A DNA stretch of 64,000 nt from Limnothrix sp. BL-A-16 (GTDB lineage Bacteria > Cyanobacteriota > Cyanobacteriia > CACIAM-69d): assembly GCA_041937175.2 (NCBI GenBank), contig CP166615.1, positions 1,088,001 to 1,152,000 on the forward strand. The letters are read 5' to 3'. The first letter of the stretch is position 1. Every line of letters starts with the position of its first letter. Positions 52,470 to 61,386 of this stretch are shown in pieces. A program made the position numbers and the translations under genes. Below the pieces are notes generated by a model, which made no database searches, had not been told where the DNA came from, and was given only the letters and a program-made list of their open reading frames with translations.

Positions 52470-53288
52470 GTGAGTTGCCCAATGAGTCATTCAATGACAC
52501 CATTGCCTGTCATGACGACCCCCATTATTCCGGTCATTAGCTTGCCTGCTGGGCCCATTGCCCAGTCCCCAACCACCCCGGCTCCTGCTAATAATTTGTG
52601 GTTCATGAGCAGTGGCGCTTTGGCAGTGTTACTGGTCGCTGGTGGTGTTTATTTCAAGCTAGAAACAGACAAGCTCCAAAAGAGAATTCGTGCAGAAGAA
52701 TTCCGAGTTCGTGAACTCAAAAAACGCCTTGATTTAGCCCTTAAAAGCATTCACAAGATGGAAGCAAACCCCGATCTTGTGAATTCTCGTGAGTTCAACT
52801 TGGATTACTTGCGAATGCGGATGCAGGAGGAGATCTTCCACTTCGCGATCGTGAACCAGATCAAGATGAAGATCAAAACCATGGTGTCCGTGGCCCTGCG
52901 GCCGACCCAACAACAGGCCGGCAATCAAAACAACGCGCAAACCAACCAAGGCCGCCAAGTGGATCAGCTCTTTGATGTGGAGTATGAAACTTGCACCGAT
53001 GGCGTGAAGCGGGTGAAGCGGGTGTTGTTTCGAGTGCAGGTACGCATCACCAAATTGCCCACCCAGCCCACGTCCCGGACGATCGAGGAAATTATCAATT
53101 GCCTGGAGCGCTACCTCAGTTTGGCGGATGACGATGACGATCGGTGGCAACCGACGATCCAGGGCCGCATCGTCACCATCAGTTGGGATCAAAAGGCCAA
53201 ACCCACGCCGTTGCTGGTGTTGGAGCAGTCCGGCGAGGGCATGAATGTCACCCTGAAGACGCGGCGGGCGGCCGGTGCGGCTAAGTAG
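52470..53288 (+). CDS. Hypothetical protein (TM + coiled coil + globular domain)
   Basis: Long ORF with an RBS-like GAGGA, a single TM helix and NPDLVNSREFNLDYLRMRM. Confidence 0.75.
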   Translation: MSCPMSHSMTPLPVMTTPIIPVISLPAGPIAQSPTTPAPANNLWFMSSGALAVLLVAGGVYFKLETDKLQKRIRAEEFRVRELKKRLDLALKSIHKMEANPDLVNSREFNLDYLRMRMQEEIFHFAIVNQIKMKIKTMVSVALRPTQQQAGNQNNAQTNQGRQVDQLFDVEYETCTDGVKRVKRVLFRVQVRITKLPTQPTSRTIEEIINCLERYLSLADDDDDRWQPTIQGRIVTISWDQKAKPTPLLVLEQSGEGMNVTLKTRRAAGAAK

Positions 53289-53331
53289 GCCGGTTGCTGT
53301 GTTTTGGCCTTGAGGAGTCTAATTGGAGCCT

Positions 53332-53745
53332 ATGGCGGTTTATTTGGGGTTTGATCCGGGCAGCGCTAAATGTGGATTGGCGGTGCTGCGATCGAGTGGC
53401 GAGATTTTGGCCCATGAGGTGGTGCAATCGGACGGGGCGATCGAGCAATTGCGCCAATGGCAGCAGCAGTACCAAGCAGCGATCATCATTATGGGTGACC
53501 AAACCACGTCCAAGGCCTGGGTCAGCCGTCTGCAACAGGGTTGGCCCGATGCACCCCCGATCCAACAGGTTGATGAACGCTACAGCACGCTGGCCGCGCG
53601 CGATCGCTATTGGGAACTCTATCCGCCTCGGGGTTGGCGTAAGTTGCTGCCTCAGGGGCTGCGCCAGCCGCCCCGCCCGGTGGATGACATTGCGGCGATC
53701 GTACTGGTGGAGCGGTTTTTAGCAACTTTCCCTGCCAAAGGCTAA
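53332..53745 (+). CDS. yqgF: YqgF/RuvX-like nuclease
   Basis: LGFDPG..KCG, MGDQT, VDERYST..AR, VDDIAA. Confidence 0.85.
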   Translation: MAVYLGFDPGSAKCGLAVLRSSGEILAHEVVQSDGAIEQLRQWQQQYQAAIIIMGDQTTSKAWVSRLQQGWPDAPPIQQVDERYSTLAARDRYWELYPPRGWRKLLPQGLRQPPRPVDDIAAIVLVERFLATFPAKG

Positions 53746-54806
53746 ATTCCGCGTGGCAGATGCCGAACGGCGCGTTTGGCGCGATCGGACACGGGCCAGC
53801 GCCACACATCTTCAAAGAGCCAAACCAAATTGTGCTGGGTGGTTTCGCTGAGGGCAATGATCCAGTTGTCTACCGCCGCTTGGGTGCTAGTGGCATCGGG
53901 GCGATCGCGCACGGCGGCCCATAGTCGCTTGGCAAAGGTGGGATCGTTGGGACTGTAGCGATCGCGCACTTCCAGCAACATGGCCGCCCACAATTCCGGC
54001 GCACCAATGCAAATTCCCCGCTCGGAACAGAGGGGGTTTTTGGGAGCTTGACCCGATCGCAAGGTGTTGTGCCAATTCAAGGTGCGATCGGCTTGATAAC
54101 GCCACAGGAGCGATCGCAAATCCTGGCGATAAATTTCAAACGGTGTGCCATACACCGATCCCGGTTCAATTTGCAGCACATCCAGCACTTCTAAACGCAT
54201 GAAAGCCGCAAACCCGGTGCGTACCGTGACACTGGCATCGGCTCCCTGATATTCCAGTTTTTTGGCATAGGATTTCAGCCAAAAATTGCGACCCAATTCA
54301 TAAATGGGCAGGGTCTCAAATTCACCGGTTTTCTGATAGGTCTTGTAAAGATCTTGGAAATAAGGCGCTTTTACCTCAATGCCGGTGCTGGAGATGTAGC
54401 CACAGCCACCACCACAGGTTTTCGGAACAATGGCCACCGTTCCCAATTGATCGCGAACGGTGGGGCCGTAGGGAGTGGGCTTGCCGGCCATGGCTTCGGC
54501 ATAGAAATCGTAGGCGTGATCGACCAGTTCAATTAGGGGTTGCAATCGTTCCGGTTCCCAAGTTCCCTCCGGCAACAGCCACACCAAGTTGCGGCCGCGA
54601 TAGGGATAGAGCTGCAACTCGGTTCGATCGAACGTCACATAGGGAATGGGAACTGGCCGGGTTGGTTGGGATGGCTCGATCGCCCCGGCCACCCCCGCCG
54701 CCAACCACAACAGCCCCGCCCCCAGTCCGCCCAGCCAAACCCGCCGGACTGCTCCCCGCCGAGGACTACGCCCGCCGAATCCAGCCATTGAGCGTGAACC
54801 GGCCAT
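53742..54806 (-). CDS. Exported hypothetical protein with a zincin-like degenerate motif
   Basis: Arg-rich/hydrophobic signal ending AGA; TCGGGCGY and YELGRNFW. Start uncertain (54806 or 54788). Confidence 0.7.
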   Translation of the reverse strand: MAGSRSMAGFGGRSPRRGAVRRVWLGGLGAGLLWLAAGVAGAIEPSQPTRPVPIPYVTFDRTELQLYPYRGRNLVWLLPEGTWEPERLQPLIELVDHAYDFYAEAMAGKPTPYGPTVRDQLGTVAIVPKTCGGGCGYISSTGIEVKAPYFQDLYKTYQKTGEFETLPIYELGRNFWLKSYAKKLEYQGADASVTVRTGFAAFMRLEVLDVLQIEPGSVYGTPFEIYRQDLRSLLWRYQADRTLNWHNTLRSGQAPKNPLCSERGICIGAPELWAAMLLEVRDRYSPNDPTFAKRLWAAVRDRPDATSTQAAVDNWIIALSETTQHNLVWLFEDVWRWPVSDRAKRAVRHLPRGI

Positions 54807-55743
54807 GGTCAAATTGGCGCGACGGACAAACAACGGGCAGCACTTCATGTTTACAGCGACTATCAAAAAAGACAATCCGATTATTCAGCGGCTCAATGGT
54901 CTCGAAGCGATCGGAAGCGGTCACCATGGGCCCGCTGATATCCGTTTCATACATTCGCAATTCGCCACCCGAAAACCGCTTGGGTTCTTGATAGAAATAG
55001 TAAACATAGGTCAGGACGCGCGTGGCTGTTTCTGGACTGCCTGAATCGTTGTGAATTTTATAAAAACAGCCATCGTTGTGAGCCGTTAGCTGCATCTCCA
55101 CTTGTCCCGGCTCAAAGCCAGGCATTCCCAATTGCTGCATAACCGTCGGCAATAGGCCAATTAACCTTTGGCGCAAGAGTTCGTAGAGATCTGGATAGAG
55201 CGTGGCATACAAAATGCTGGAACGACGATAATCGCTAGCGTTGGTGGTGGTTTTGGAACCAACAAATTGATCGGCCTTATTCAAGGCTGTTCTGAGAGCA
55301 AACTGATGTTCTTCGTGGCTTAGAAAGTTGTCAATTTCTAAAACCGTTGGCTCCAAAATTTGGGTATTGCTAACCGATACAGGAGCCACCGCCACGGGGT
55401 ACGAAAAGGCCTGCTGTTGGGCGGTGGTGCTGCCTGCATGGGGCCGATCGGGGCCGGTGGCGGGCTGGCCGTTGGGGGCGAACCTCAATCTTGCGTCAAG
55501 GTGCGATTCTGGTCGCGGTTTTGGGCGCTGATTGGTTGGGTTTGTCAAGCGTTGGGTCAGTTGCGGCAATTCCCAACCATCGGTGTTTAGACCTTCGATC
55601 GGGTCGATCCCATGGGCCAATTCCAAAACACGCAGGGCCACCAAGGTTCGATCGCGCAATGACAGCTCAGAAGAGTCCAGCGCTTCATTGAGGGTGCTCA
55701 CTGCTCGATCGAGCAGGCCCTCCATTCCATCTGATTGAGTCAC
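54766..55743 (-). CDS. 2OG-Fe(II) oxygenase (prolyl-hydroxylase-like) with N-terminal extension
   Basis: YKIHND (HxD), R.LTYVYYF, FSGGEL, HEVLPV, RFTLNGW. Confidence 0.9.
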   Translation of the reverse strand: MTQSDGMEGLLDRAVSTLNEALDSSELSLRDRTLVALRVLELAHGIDPIEGLNTDGWELPQLTQRLTNPTNQRPKPRPESHLDARLRFAPNGQPATGPDRPHAGSTTAQQQAFSYPVAVAPVSVSNTQILEPTVLEIDNFLSHEEHQFALRTALNKADQFVGSKTTTNASDYRRSSILYATLYPDLYELLRQRLIGLLPTVMQQLGMPGFEPGQVEMQLTAHNDGCFYKIHNDSGSPETATRVLTYVYYFYQEPKRFSGGELRMYETDISGPMVTASDRFETIEPLNNRIVFFDSRCKHEVLPVVCPSRQFDHGRFTLNGWIRRA

Positions 55744-55950
55744 CGTTTATGGGGGAAAGTAAATGGCAAGGGATTCGACCAGGAATCAACGAGAGGCGTT
55801 AATTCCTGCTGATTCCTTCCGTCTTATCAAATCGATCGGGAATCTGAGAACTGATTGCGGCGGTCATCTTGATTCCCTAGAGGAAAAGCCATGGCGATCG
55901 GTCTTGCCCAAATTTCTGACCAGATTTCTGGCCATGCTCCTAAGAAGAGG

Positions 55951-56156
55951 TCTGAGACATCACTTGGGGTACTGGTAAAGCACTAGTAGTCGTGGGGGAC
56001 AAGGGGCTTAAGCCCCTTGTTACGACGATTAGGGTATGGAAGATCAACCGTTTCTGAGACATCACTTGGGGTACTGGTAAAGCACTAGTAGTCGTGGGGG
56101 ACAAGGGGCTTAAGCCCCTTGTTACGACGATTAGGGTATGGAAGATCAACCGTTTC
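55951..56156. repeat. Exact 102-bp tandem duplication; each unit contains the REP-like palindrome
   Basis: Units start at 55951 and 56053. Palindromes at 56000-56019 and 56102-56121. Confidence 0.95.
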
Positions 56157-56207
56157 AGCATCACCTTGAAAAATGACGACACCCCCTAAGTCCCTTGTCT
56201 TAGTTGA

Positions 56208-56852
56208 TTAAGTGGAAGGAAGGGCCCGCAATCGTTCATCCAAATAACTACGATCGGCCACACTGTGGAACAGGGGCCCCCGATCGCTCATTTCCACCAC
56301 ATTCAACCCCGCCACCGGCAACGAGAAGCGATCGCGATAGCGACCCACATCAATGCCCATCAACACACAAAGCAAGATCCGAATCGTCGCCTTATGGGAC
56401 ACCAACAGCACTGAACCCGTGGGGTGACGACGCTCAATTTCGTCCAGAACCAATGAAGCCCGGCGGGCAATGTCCACCCCCCGCTCGCCTCCCGTGGGCG
56501 CATTCCAAGCCGGATCCGTCAGCCACCGCACATAGTCATCGTGATAGATCCGATCGACCTCGCGGGGGTGCAACCCTTCCCATTTCCCGTAGGCAATTTC
56601 CCTTAGCCCATCTCGCAATTGCATATTCAGCCCCGTCATTTCGCACAGCGGCGTTGCCGTTTGGATGGCGCGGCGCAGCGGACTGGTGTAAATGGCTGTC
56701 CACTCAAGGGAGGCATAGGCGATCGCGAACTTCTCAGCCATTTCATGCCCCTCGGGCGTGAGGCCGGGATCATTTTCAGGCGTGCCGCAATAACCACCGG
56801 ATGCACTGTAGGCCGTCTGAGCATGACGCAAAAAGAAGAGCTTAAGAGCCAT
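56208..56852 (-). CDS. Histidine phosphatase family protein
   Basis: LRHAQT, SPLRRA.QTA, LREIAYGKWEG, VSH. Confidence 0.92.
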   Translation of the reverse strand: MALKLFFLRHAQTAYSASGGYCGTPENDPGLTPEGHEMAEKFAIAYASLEWTAIYTSPLRRAIQTATPLCEMTGLNMQLRDGLREIAYGKWEGLHPREVDRIYHDDYVRWLTDPAWNAPTGGERGVDIARRASLVLDEIERRHPTGSVLLVSHKATIRILLCVLMGIDVGRYRDRFSLPVAGLNVVEMSDRGPLFHSVADRSYLDERLRALPST

Positions 56853-57030
56853 GGTGGAGTTCGATCGACATGGAGCTTCAATGGTTCAATCCTAGATTCC
56901 ATCCTAGGACTGAACAGGAGCAGTGGGAAAATTGGCTGGTTGCCATGAAGGCACTTTTCAGACATCTTCTCGGGTTGGTTCAATCCGGAGATAAGCTAAA
57001 TCCGGCAATTTAGGGCCCATCAACAGCGCT

Positions 57031-57402
57031 ATGGCTAACGATCGAATCTTGAAGTCTGGCCCAGGATGGCGACTGGGCTGGCAGCCTTCGTCCGCAAAAT
57101 TTTCGGGATTGGTGGGCAGTGATGATTGGGCCGTGGAGCTGACGGAGCCGGAGTTAACCGACTTTTGCCGACTGCTCGATCGCCTGGTGGATTCAGTACG
57201 GGCGATCGCCGATGAGTTGATGCCCGAGGAAAAAATTGCTTGCGAGGTGGAGAGCGATCGGCTCTGGATGGGGGCCGAGGGCTATACAGATGCCTTTGGG
57301 GTGCGGTTTGTGTTGCTGTCGGGGCGGGGGGCCGAAGGGGGCTGGCCGCCGGAGGCGGTGGATGGTCTGGTGCAGGCGGCCCGCACGATCGGGCTGTTTT
57401 AG
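57031..57402 (+). CDS. DUF1818-family protein
   Basis: GPGWRLGW, LVGSDDWAVELT, ELMPEE.I, R.AEG.W. Confidence 0.85.
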   Translation: MANDRILKSGPGWRLGWQPSSAKFSGLVGSDDWAVELTEPELTDFCRLLDRLVDSVRAIADELMPEEKIACEVESDRLWMGAEGYTDAFGVRFVLLSGRGAEGGWPPEAVDGLVQAARTIGLF

Positions 57403-57490
57403 GGTCTTCTAATCACACTCTCTCTCAACGCGATCCCTGAGCAAGACTCTCAAGGCCAGGGTCTCTCAAGGCCAGGTGTTGAATGATGGC

Positions 57491-57946
57491 TCAATGTTCA
57501 GAGCCGATCGCGGCCTTGGGTGGCGGGAGTTGGGCTTGAAGGCGCAACAGTTCGATCGGCATTCCATCCGGGTCTGCGATGAATGCCACCTCATAGACCC
57601 GATCGCCGATCATCTGCTGGCAAGGAGCCAACAACAGGGGCAAGGGCTGCGGAGCCAGGCGATCGCCCATCAGGTTCAGCCAATCCATTAGGGTTTCTGG
57701 GCGATCGGGCGATTGGGCCAAATCTAGCGACAAATGGTAGTAGCCCACATAATGCTCGTTGCCGAAGGGATCGGGCGGGGATTGAGGCTCCGGCACTTGC
57801 AGCAGCTCAATCCGTCCCCCCCAACCTTCCATCCAACAGGCCAGGGTCATGCCCGCCGTGAACCGTTCGGCCATCCCAAACCCGATCGCCTCATAAAACG
57901 CGATCGCCCGGTGAATATCCGCCGTTTTTAAGGAAATATGGTGCAT
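57491..57946 (-). CDS. VOC/glyoxalase family protein
   Basis: MHHISLKTADI, RIEL, GYYHL, FIADPDGMPIEL. Start at ATG 57946. Confidence 0.88.
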   Translation of the reverse strand: MHHISLKTADIHRAIAFYEAIGFGMAERFTAGMTLACWMEGWGGRIELLQVPEPQSPPDPFGNEHYVGYYHLSLDLAQSPDRPETLMDWLNLMGDRLAPQPLPLLLAPCQQMIGDRVYEVAFIADPDGMPIELLRLQAQLPPPKAAIGSEH

Positions 57947-57971
57947 TGGGCCGCTGCCTACCAACCTTGGG

Positions 57972-58478
57972 CTACTCAAACAGCCGGAAATAGGGATAGC
58001 GCACCGGCACACCGGGTTCCTTGTCCAACACAAAATTAATCACATCCCAACAGGGATCCGCCGCTTCCGTGGCGCTGAATTCCACCGGCAAGCCATAAAG
58101 CCGCGGCCGACCGTCGGAACTGGGATTGCGGGGATTTGCCCGATCGAGATAGGACGCAATGAGGGTTTGGTAACGATGGGCAACCGTCACCTTCGTGGCC
58201 CGAAAACCTTGGGTATAGAGCCGATCGAGCGCTTCATGAATCTCAAAGCGAATCCCGTCAGGGTGCGTATGCTGGCGATACCATTCACCTTCCCACTGCC
58301 GCCAATGGCGACTGGATTGCAAATGCACCAGTTCTTTGGTGTTGGGGTCGGCTTCAAAGGCCCCATGCCGAGGGCAAAGGTACGTGTCCGTAAGGGTCAG
58401 GGCCGGGATCGGCTGCCGACAATGGGGACACAAAATTTCTGGGCCAAAGATGGGATATTGCAACGTCGGATTCAGCAT
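57972..58478 (-). CDS. TIGR02652-family cyanobacterial protein
   Basis: YPIFGPEILCPHCRQ.IPALTLTDTYLC.RHGAFEA, HTHPDGIRFEIHEALDRL. Confidence 0.88.
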   Translation of the reverse strand: MLNPTLQYPIFGPEILCPHCRQPIPALTLTDTYLCPRHGAFEADPNTKELVHLQSSRHWRQWEGEWYRQHTHPDGIRFEIHEALDRLYTQGFRATKVTVAHRYQTLIASYLDRANPRNPSSDGRPRLYGLPVEFSATEAADPCWDVINFVLDKEPGVPVRYPYFRLFE

Positions 58479-58625
58479 GGGTTCGATCGAAACCTCGTGC
58501 AGGACGGCGGTGGGAGCGGGGGTTCGATCGCGGGCCGTCGCCTCGCTACCCTATTATAGCGATGGCATTTTGGCGGTCTGGACAAAACAAACGCTTCTTG
58601 AAATATTTAAATATTTGTCACGTTT

Positions 58626-59180
58626 ATGTCACGTCTAGAGGCAACAGGGGCGATCGCCCATCCCATTTTGGGCACACCGGACATCGCGGCCGCGGCCTTT
58701 GTCGCTCCCAACGCCACCATTATCGGCCGGGTCACCCTGGCCACCGGGGCCAACATTTGGTATGGCGCGGTGCTGCGGGGGGATGTGGAGCGAATTGACA
58801 TTGGCGAAAACACCAATGTTCAAGACGGTGCAGTAATCCATGGTGACCCGGGCCAGCCCACGATCCTTGAGGCCGATGTGACCGTGGGCCACCGGGCCAT
58901 CATCCACTCCGCCCACATTGAACGGGGCTGCACGATCGGGATGGGAGCCATCATTCTCAACGGTGTGCGCGTGGGGGCGGGTAGCATCGTGGGAGCTGGG
59001 GCCGTGGTCACCAAAGAGGTGCCACCCCGATCGCTCGTGGTGGGAATTCCGGGCAAGGTCGTGCGATCGCTCAGTGATCAAGAAGTGGCGGAACAAATTG
59101 AACATGCGGCCCGCTACGTGAAGTTGGCCCTGGTGCATGGCGGCCAGGGCACGGATCTGGGTTTTCACGGGGCACAATAG
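58626..59180 (+). CDS. Gamma carbonic anhydrase family protein
   Basis: Hexapeptide repeats; LRGD, TNVQDG..IH, VGH..IIH. Confidence 0.92.
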   Translation: MSRLEATGAIAHPILGTPDIAAAAFVAPNATIIGRVTLATGANIWYGAVLRGDVERIDIGENTNVQDGAVIHGDPGQPTILEADVTVGHRAIIHSAHIERGCTIGMGAIILNGVRVGAGSIVGAGAVVTKEVPPRSLVVGIPGKVVRSLSDQEVAEQIEHAARYVKLALVHGGQGTDLGFHGAQ

Positions 59181-59327
59181 GTAACTTGGCCTACCCCAAT
59201 GCCCGCCCAGGGCCCAGTTCCTCGGATTCCGATCGACTGGTCGCGTTCGGGAGGCCCCAAATGCCCGACAATGGCATTTAATTAAATTGGCTCGCCTGTT
59301 TTTAGAACTGTTACGGGAGATCAAGAT

Positions 59328-59441
59328 ATGGATTGGCGCGTTTTGGTTGTGGTGTCTCCGCTGCTGCTGGCTGCTGGCTGGGCTGTTTTCAACATTGGTA
59401 AGGCAGCTCTCGAACAATTGCGTCGTCAGCTAGACAGCTAG
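59328..59441 (+). CDS. psbY: Photosystem II protein Y
   Basis: Manual translation [37 protein letters not shown]. Shorter than the ORFs in the track; GGAG RBS upstream. Confidence 0.95.
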   Translation: MDWRVLVVVSPLLLAAGWAVFNIGKAALEQLRRQLDS

Positions 59442-59596
59442 GTTCGTAAACTCTGGCGGTTTTGTCGCGATCGCCCACAATCGATACCCAATCGCAGAAT
59501 GGTAGGGGCGCTTTGATGGCGCTCCTACTTGTTTTTGGGTATTTTTTTGGGCATTTTTTGTCCCTCGCAAGGCGCAATAGGCTAAGGAGCAACACC

Positions 59597-61039
59597 ATGA
59601 CCCCGGCGATCGAGCCATCAAACCCAGGGCCGCTAGATTCAACGAATTTGGTCAGTCCAGCTCATCCGGCAGCCCCGGATCACCAGAGCCACCAGGGCAA
59701 TCAGGCCAATCACGCTTACCAGGCCAATCAGGATCATCAGACCAATCAGGTAGGCCAACTAGACCAGCAATTAGCCAGTTTCCAACCCCTGGGCGTGCAG
59801 TTGGACTTAGAGCGGATGCTAGGGGTGCTGGCGGCTTTGGGGAATCCTCAGCAACAGGTGCCGATCGTCCATGTGGCGGGAACCAATGGCAAAGGCTCCG
59901 TTTGTGCTTACCTATCCAGCATTCTGACGGCGGCGGGCTATCGCACCGGGCGCTACACTTCACCGCACCTGGTGGATTGGACGGAGCGAATCACGGTGAA
60001 TCAAGTCCCGATCGAGCCTCCAGTGTTGGCTGAGTTGCTGCGCGAGGGGGAACAGGCGATCGCCCAAACCGGCATTTCCTTGACCCAATTTGAGCTGGTG
60101 ACCGTGGCCGCTTGGCTATATTTTGCGCGCCAGCGGGTGGATTTGGCGGTGATGGAAGTGGGGCTAGGAGGACGGTTGGATGCGACCAATGTGGTGGATG
60201 AGCCGATCGCCTGTGCCATCACCTCAATCGGGCGGGATCATTGGCAGGTTTTGGGCGACAGTTTGGGACAAATTGCCGGGGAAAAGGCCGGCATCCTGAA
60301 ACCGGGGCGGCCGCTGGTGGTGGCTCCCCTGCCGCCCGAGGCCCGGGCCGTGGTGACCGAGCGTGCGGCCCAACTGGCCTGCCCGATCGATTGGGTGGAG
60401 CCGGCCGAGCCGATCGCCCCGCCGTCTGAATCTTGGCCCCACTTATCTTGGGTGCGATCGGGCGATTTGACCTATCCGTTGCCCCTGGCTGGCCAGATCC
60501 AGCGCACCAATGCGGCCGTGGCGATCGGACTGGTGCAACGGTTGCGATCGGCCGGCTGGGCCATTGCCACCCCCGCCATTCAAACCGGCATGGCCAATGC
60601 CCGCTGGCCGGGCCGGTTGCAGTGGACAACCTATCAAAGCCGATCGCTGCTGGTCGATGGGGCCCACAACGATGACTCAGCCCGCGTGCTGCGGGACTAT
60701 GTGGATCAGCAAAATTTGGGGCCCGTGACCTGGGTGATGGGCATGTTGAGCACCAAGGACGCGGCCGCCGTGTTGCGGATTCTGTTGCGATCGGGCGATC
60801 GGCTCTACACCGTGCCTGTTCCAGATCCCCAGTCGATCAACCCCGAAGCATTGGTGCATCTGGCTCCCGAGGCGATCGCCCTGACGGAAACTCGCCCCTT
60901 CATGGAACTGTCGTCGGCCTTGGAGGTGGCCCTGCGGGGCGATCGGCCCGTGGTGCTCTGTGGCTCCCTGTATCTTTTGGGGCAATTCTTCCGGATCAGC
61001 ACCCCCACCCTTTTCCCAGCCCTATCGGCCAAAAGCTGA
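59597..61039 (+). CDS. folC: Folylpolyglutamate / dihydrofolate synthase
   Basis: HVAGTNGKGS, YTSPHL, EVGLGGRLDATN, WPGRL, DGAHN, GSLYL. AAGGAG RBS before ATG 59597. Confidence 0.95.
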   Translation: MTPAIEPSNPGPLDSTNLVSPAHPAAPDHQSHQGNQANHAYQANQDHQTNQVGQLDQQLASFQPLGVQLDLERMLGVLAALGNPQQQVPIVHVAGTNGKGSVCAYLSSILTAAGYRTGRYTSPHLVDWTERITVNQVPIEPPVLAELLREGEQAIAQTGISLTQFELVTVAAWLYFARQRVDLAVMEVGLGGRLDATNVVDEPIACAITSIGRDHWQVLGDSLGQIAGEKAGILKPGRPLVVAPLPPEARAVVTERAAQLACPIDWVEPAEPIAPPSESWPHLSWVRSGDLTYPLPLAGQIQRTNAAVAIGLVQRLRSAGWAIATPAIQTGMANARWPGRLQWTTYQSRSLLVDGAHNDDSARVLRDYVDQQNLGPVTWVMGMLSTKDAAAVLRILLRSGDRLYTVPVPDPQSINPEALVHLAPEAIALTETRPFMELSSALEVALRGDRPVVLCGSLYLLGQFFRISTPTLFPALSAKS

Positions 61040-61386
61040 CAAGTCCCTTGGTTTTGGATTAGAAACAAAGGGAGCCTGATCCGCAAAATCACGGAGTTCA
61101 GGGGAACCCTCTTTCCGGTTTCCCAGTTCCCCAGTAGCAGGCAGGTATGGGTGGGTCAGGCTGAATGCAAGGGCTTTCGACCATGGGCCAAACTGTGGAT
61201 TGAAAATCGATCGCGGCTGAAACGGGGCGATTCATCTCGAAACGGCGGCCAGTCCGGTCTTGTCAGCCTGGGTTACGGATGAACCGGACTTCGCCGTGAT
61301 GAAGCAGGAAGCCTCCCGATTGCGGCCTTCGTGAGCGAAGGGTGGCAATTGCTAGTGAAGTAGTGACGGATTTTGGAGGTTTCTCA

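Noticed and set aside
55951..56156. Possible CRISPR array (palindromic repeat recurring at fixed spacing)
   Set aside because: The intervening sequences are identical, there are only two units, and there are no cas genes. It is a tandem duplication.
59181..59194. GTA-N8-TAC (NtcA-like) site upstream of psbY
   Set aside because: No suitably spaced -10 box, and six fixed bases are expected by chance many times in 64 kb.
61215..61305. Hammerhead ribozyme or SRP RNA
   Set aside because: A GAAAC stem is present but there is no CUGANGA core and the triplet would be GUG. The SRP helix-8 consensus is not matched.
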